This document shows, piece after piece, positions 62,901 through 64,000 of a stretch of DNA of 64,000 nt (position 1 is the first letter of the stretch; each line of letters begins with the position of its first letter). A program made the position numbers and the translations under genes. Origin of the DNA: Sphingomonadales bacterium Ga0077559 (GTDB lineage: Bacteria; Pseudomonadota; Alphaproteobacteria; Sphingomonadales; Sphingomonadaceae); assembly GCA_001464315.1 (NCBI GenBank), contig LNFK01000040.1, positions 32,607 through 96,606 on the forward strand. The letters run 5' to 3'. The notes under the pieces were generated by a model. The model was not told the DNA's origin and did no database searches. It worked only from the letters and a program-made list of their open reading frames with translations.

Positions 62901-63778
62901 GTGGCCGCTATCCTGATTGGTCGACCGACGGCAAGGACTGGCCGAACCGCGAGGCCAGCAGCTTTGTTCGCGCGGGCGGCTATGAATGGCATGTGCAGAA
63001 GATGGGCGATGGACCTATATGCTTGCTCATCCACGGCACTGGCGCGGCAACGCATAGCTGGCGCGATGTCATGCCGTTGCTGGCCAAGCATCACACCGTC
63101 GTCGCGATGGACCTGCCCGGTCACGGATTTACCAAAGGCATGGGGCAGAGGCCGACGCTGGAGGGCATGGCGGCATCCGTCGCGGCATTGCTCGACGAAC
63201 TCAAAATCACCCCGACCCTCATCGTCGGCCACAGCGCTGGCGTTGCCATCGCAGCGCAGCTCTTGCTCGACCGCAAATGGCAGATACCACTCATCGGTTT
63301 CACCCCCGCCCTGATGCCATTCCCCGGCCTTGCAGCAAAGATTTTCCCGAGCCTCGCTAAAATGCTGTTCACCAACCCGTTCGTAGCGATCATCTTCTCG
63401 CGAATGGCACAAGCCCCAGGCCAGACCAGGAAATTCCTGGCGCGCTCGACCGGATCGAACATCGACCCGGCAGGCGCGAAGTATTACACTTTCCTGTTCA
63501 GCAAATCAGGCCACTGCGACGGCGCAATCCGCATGATGGCCAACTGGCGGCTGGAGGCGTTGGGAGCAAGGCTCGGCAATCTTGCGTCCCCCGTGCTGCT
63601 GGTCAGCGCAGCCAAAGACGCAGCCATCCCCAAAGCGGCGGTGATGCAAGCGGTTGCGTTAATCCCCGGTTGCGAGACGCAGGAGATGGCCGCCCTGGGC
63701 CATCTGGCGCATGAGGAAGATTCAGCGCAGGCGACGAATATCATCACCGAATTTGCCAAGACGAAAATGACGGCATAA
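62897..63778 (+). CDS. bchO: Alpha/beta hydrolase BchO
   Basis: WPNREASSFV, HGTGAATHSW, DLPGHGF, GHSAG, HLAHEE; directly follows bchID. Confidence 0.9.
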   Translation: MSGRYPDWSTDGKDWPNREASSFVRAGGYEWHVQKMGDGPICLLIHGTGAATHSWRDVMPLLAKHHTVVAMDLPGHGFTKGMGQRPTLEGMAASVAALLDELKITPTLIVGHSAGVAIAAQLLLDRKWQIPLIGFTPALMPFPGLAAKIFPSLAKMLFTNPFVAIIFSRMAQAPGQTRKFLARSTGSNIDPAGAKYYTFLFSKSGHCDGAIRMMANWRLEALGARLGNLASPVLLVSAAKDAAIPKAAVMQAVALIPGCETQEMAALGHLAHEEDSAQATNIITEFAKTKMTA

Positions 63779-63804
63779 AACGGCGACAGCGAAGGAGAGA
63801 CGAA

Positions 63805-63966
63805 ATGGAACAGGGCGCATTCGACAATCTGGGTTGGATTGAAATAGTCTTCGTCGGCGTCGTCGCGTTGGGCCTTGGCTTCTGGCAACTCTGGTCAATC
63901 AACCGCGAAATTGCCAAGGACAAGGAAAAGGCGACAGTAAAAGATGCAGCGCCTAAATCGGACTGA
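63805..63966 (+). CDS. Small single-pass membrane protein (53 aa), absent from the ORF track
   Basis: GAAGGAG SD; MEQGAFDNLGWIEIVFVGVVALGLGFWQLWSINREIAKDKEKATVKDAAPKSD*. Confidence 0.72.
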   Translation: MEQGAFDNLGWIEIVFVGVVALGLGFWQLWSINREIAKDKEKATVKDAAPKSD

Positions 63967-63974
63967 GCGCCGTG

Positions 63975-64000
63975 TTATACAGCCTCCCTCGGCATCTTAT
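63975..64000 (-). CDS. Possible 3' end of a convergent gene (crtC-like tail), truncated by window end
   Basis: Minus strand reads ...KMPREAV*, reminiscent of the MPR tail of CrtC. Only 7 codons are visible. Confidence 0.25.

Noticed and set aside
1-64000. CRISPR arrays, rRNA/tRNA genes, IS elements, integrases, prophage or defence genes
   Set aside because: No repeat-spacer periodicity, RNA-gene signatures or transposase/integrase motifs were recognised by eye.

Overview
Alphaproteobacterial chromosome segment, most likely Sphingomonadaceae (Sphingorhabdus-like; inferred from gene content and order). In order: 3' end of tatC; two tandem 40-aa entericidin-like lipoproteins; a TonB-dependent receptor with a Zur-like box upstream; cysK; two conserved membrane proteins; a complete dcw cluster (mraZ to ftsZ, no lpxC); a TPR-SPOR protein; dGTPase; a glycine riboswitch with gcvT-H-PA-PB; a methyltransferase, DUF938 and acyl-CoA ligase; cysD-cysNC-cysQ plus ugd (CysD appears to lack 4 conserved residues) beside a frameshifted gene remnant; a ~15 kb LacI-type maltodextrin/starch locus (TBDR, two GH13, GH97, MFS) whose tightly coupled operon also holds two flavin-dependent halogenase-like genes and a Tat-type esterase; an RND pump pair; and bchI-bchD-bchO plus a small membrane ORF, probably the edge of a photosynthesis gene cluster. 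The best candidate for an under-described system is the halogenase/esterase-containing alpha-glucan operon. No CRISPR array, rRNA, tRNA or transposase was recognised. All family assignments come from reading motifs by eye; no database searches were run.
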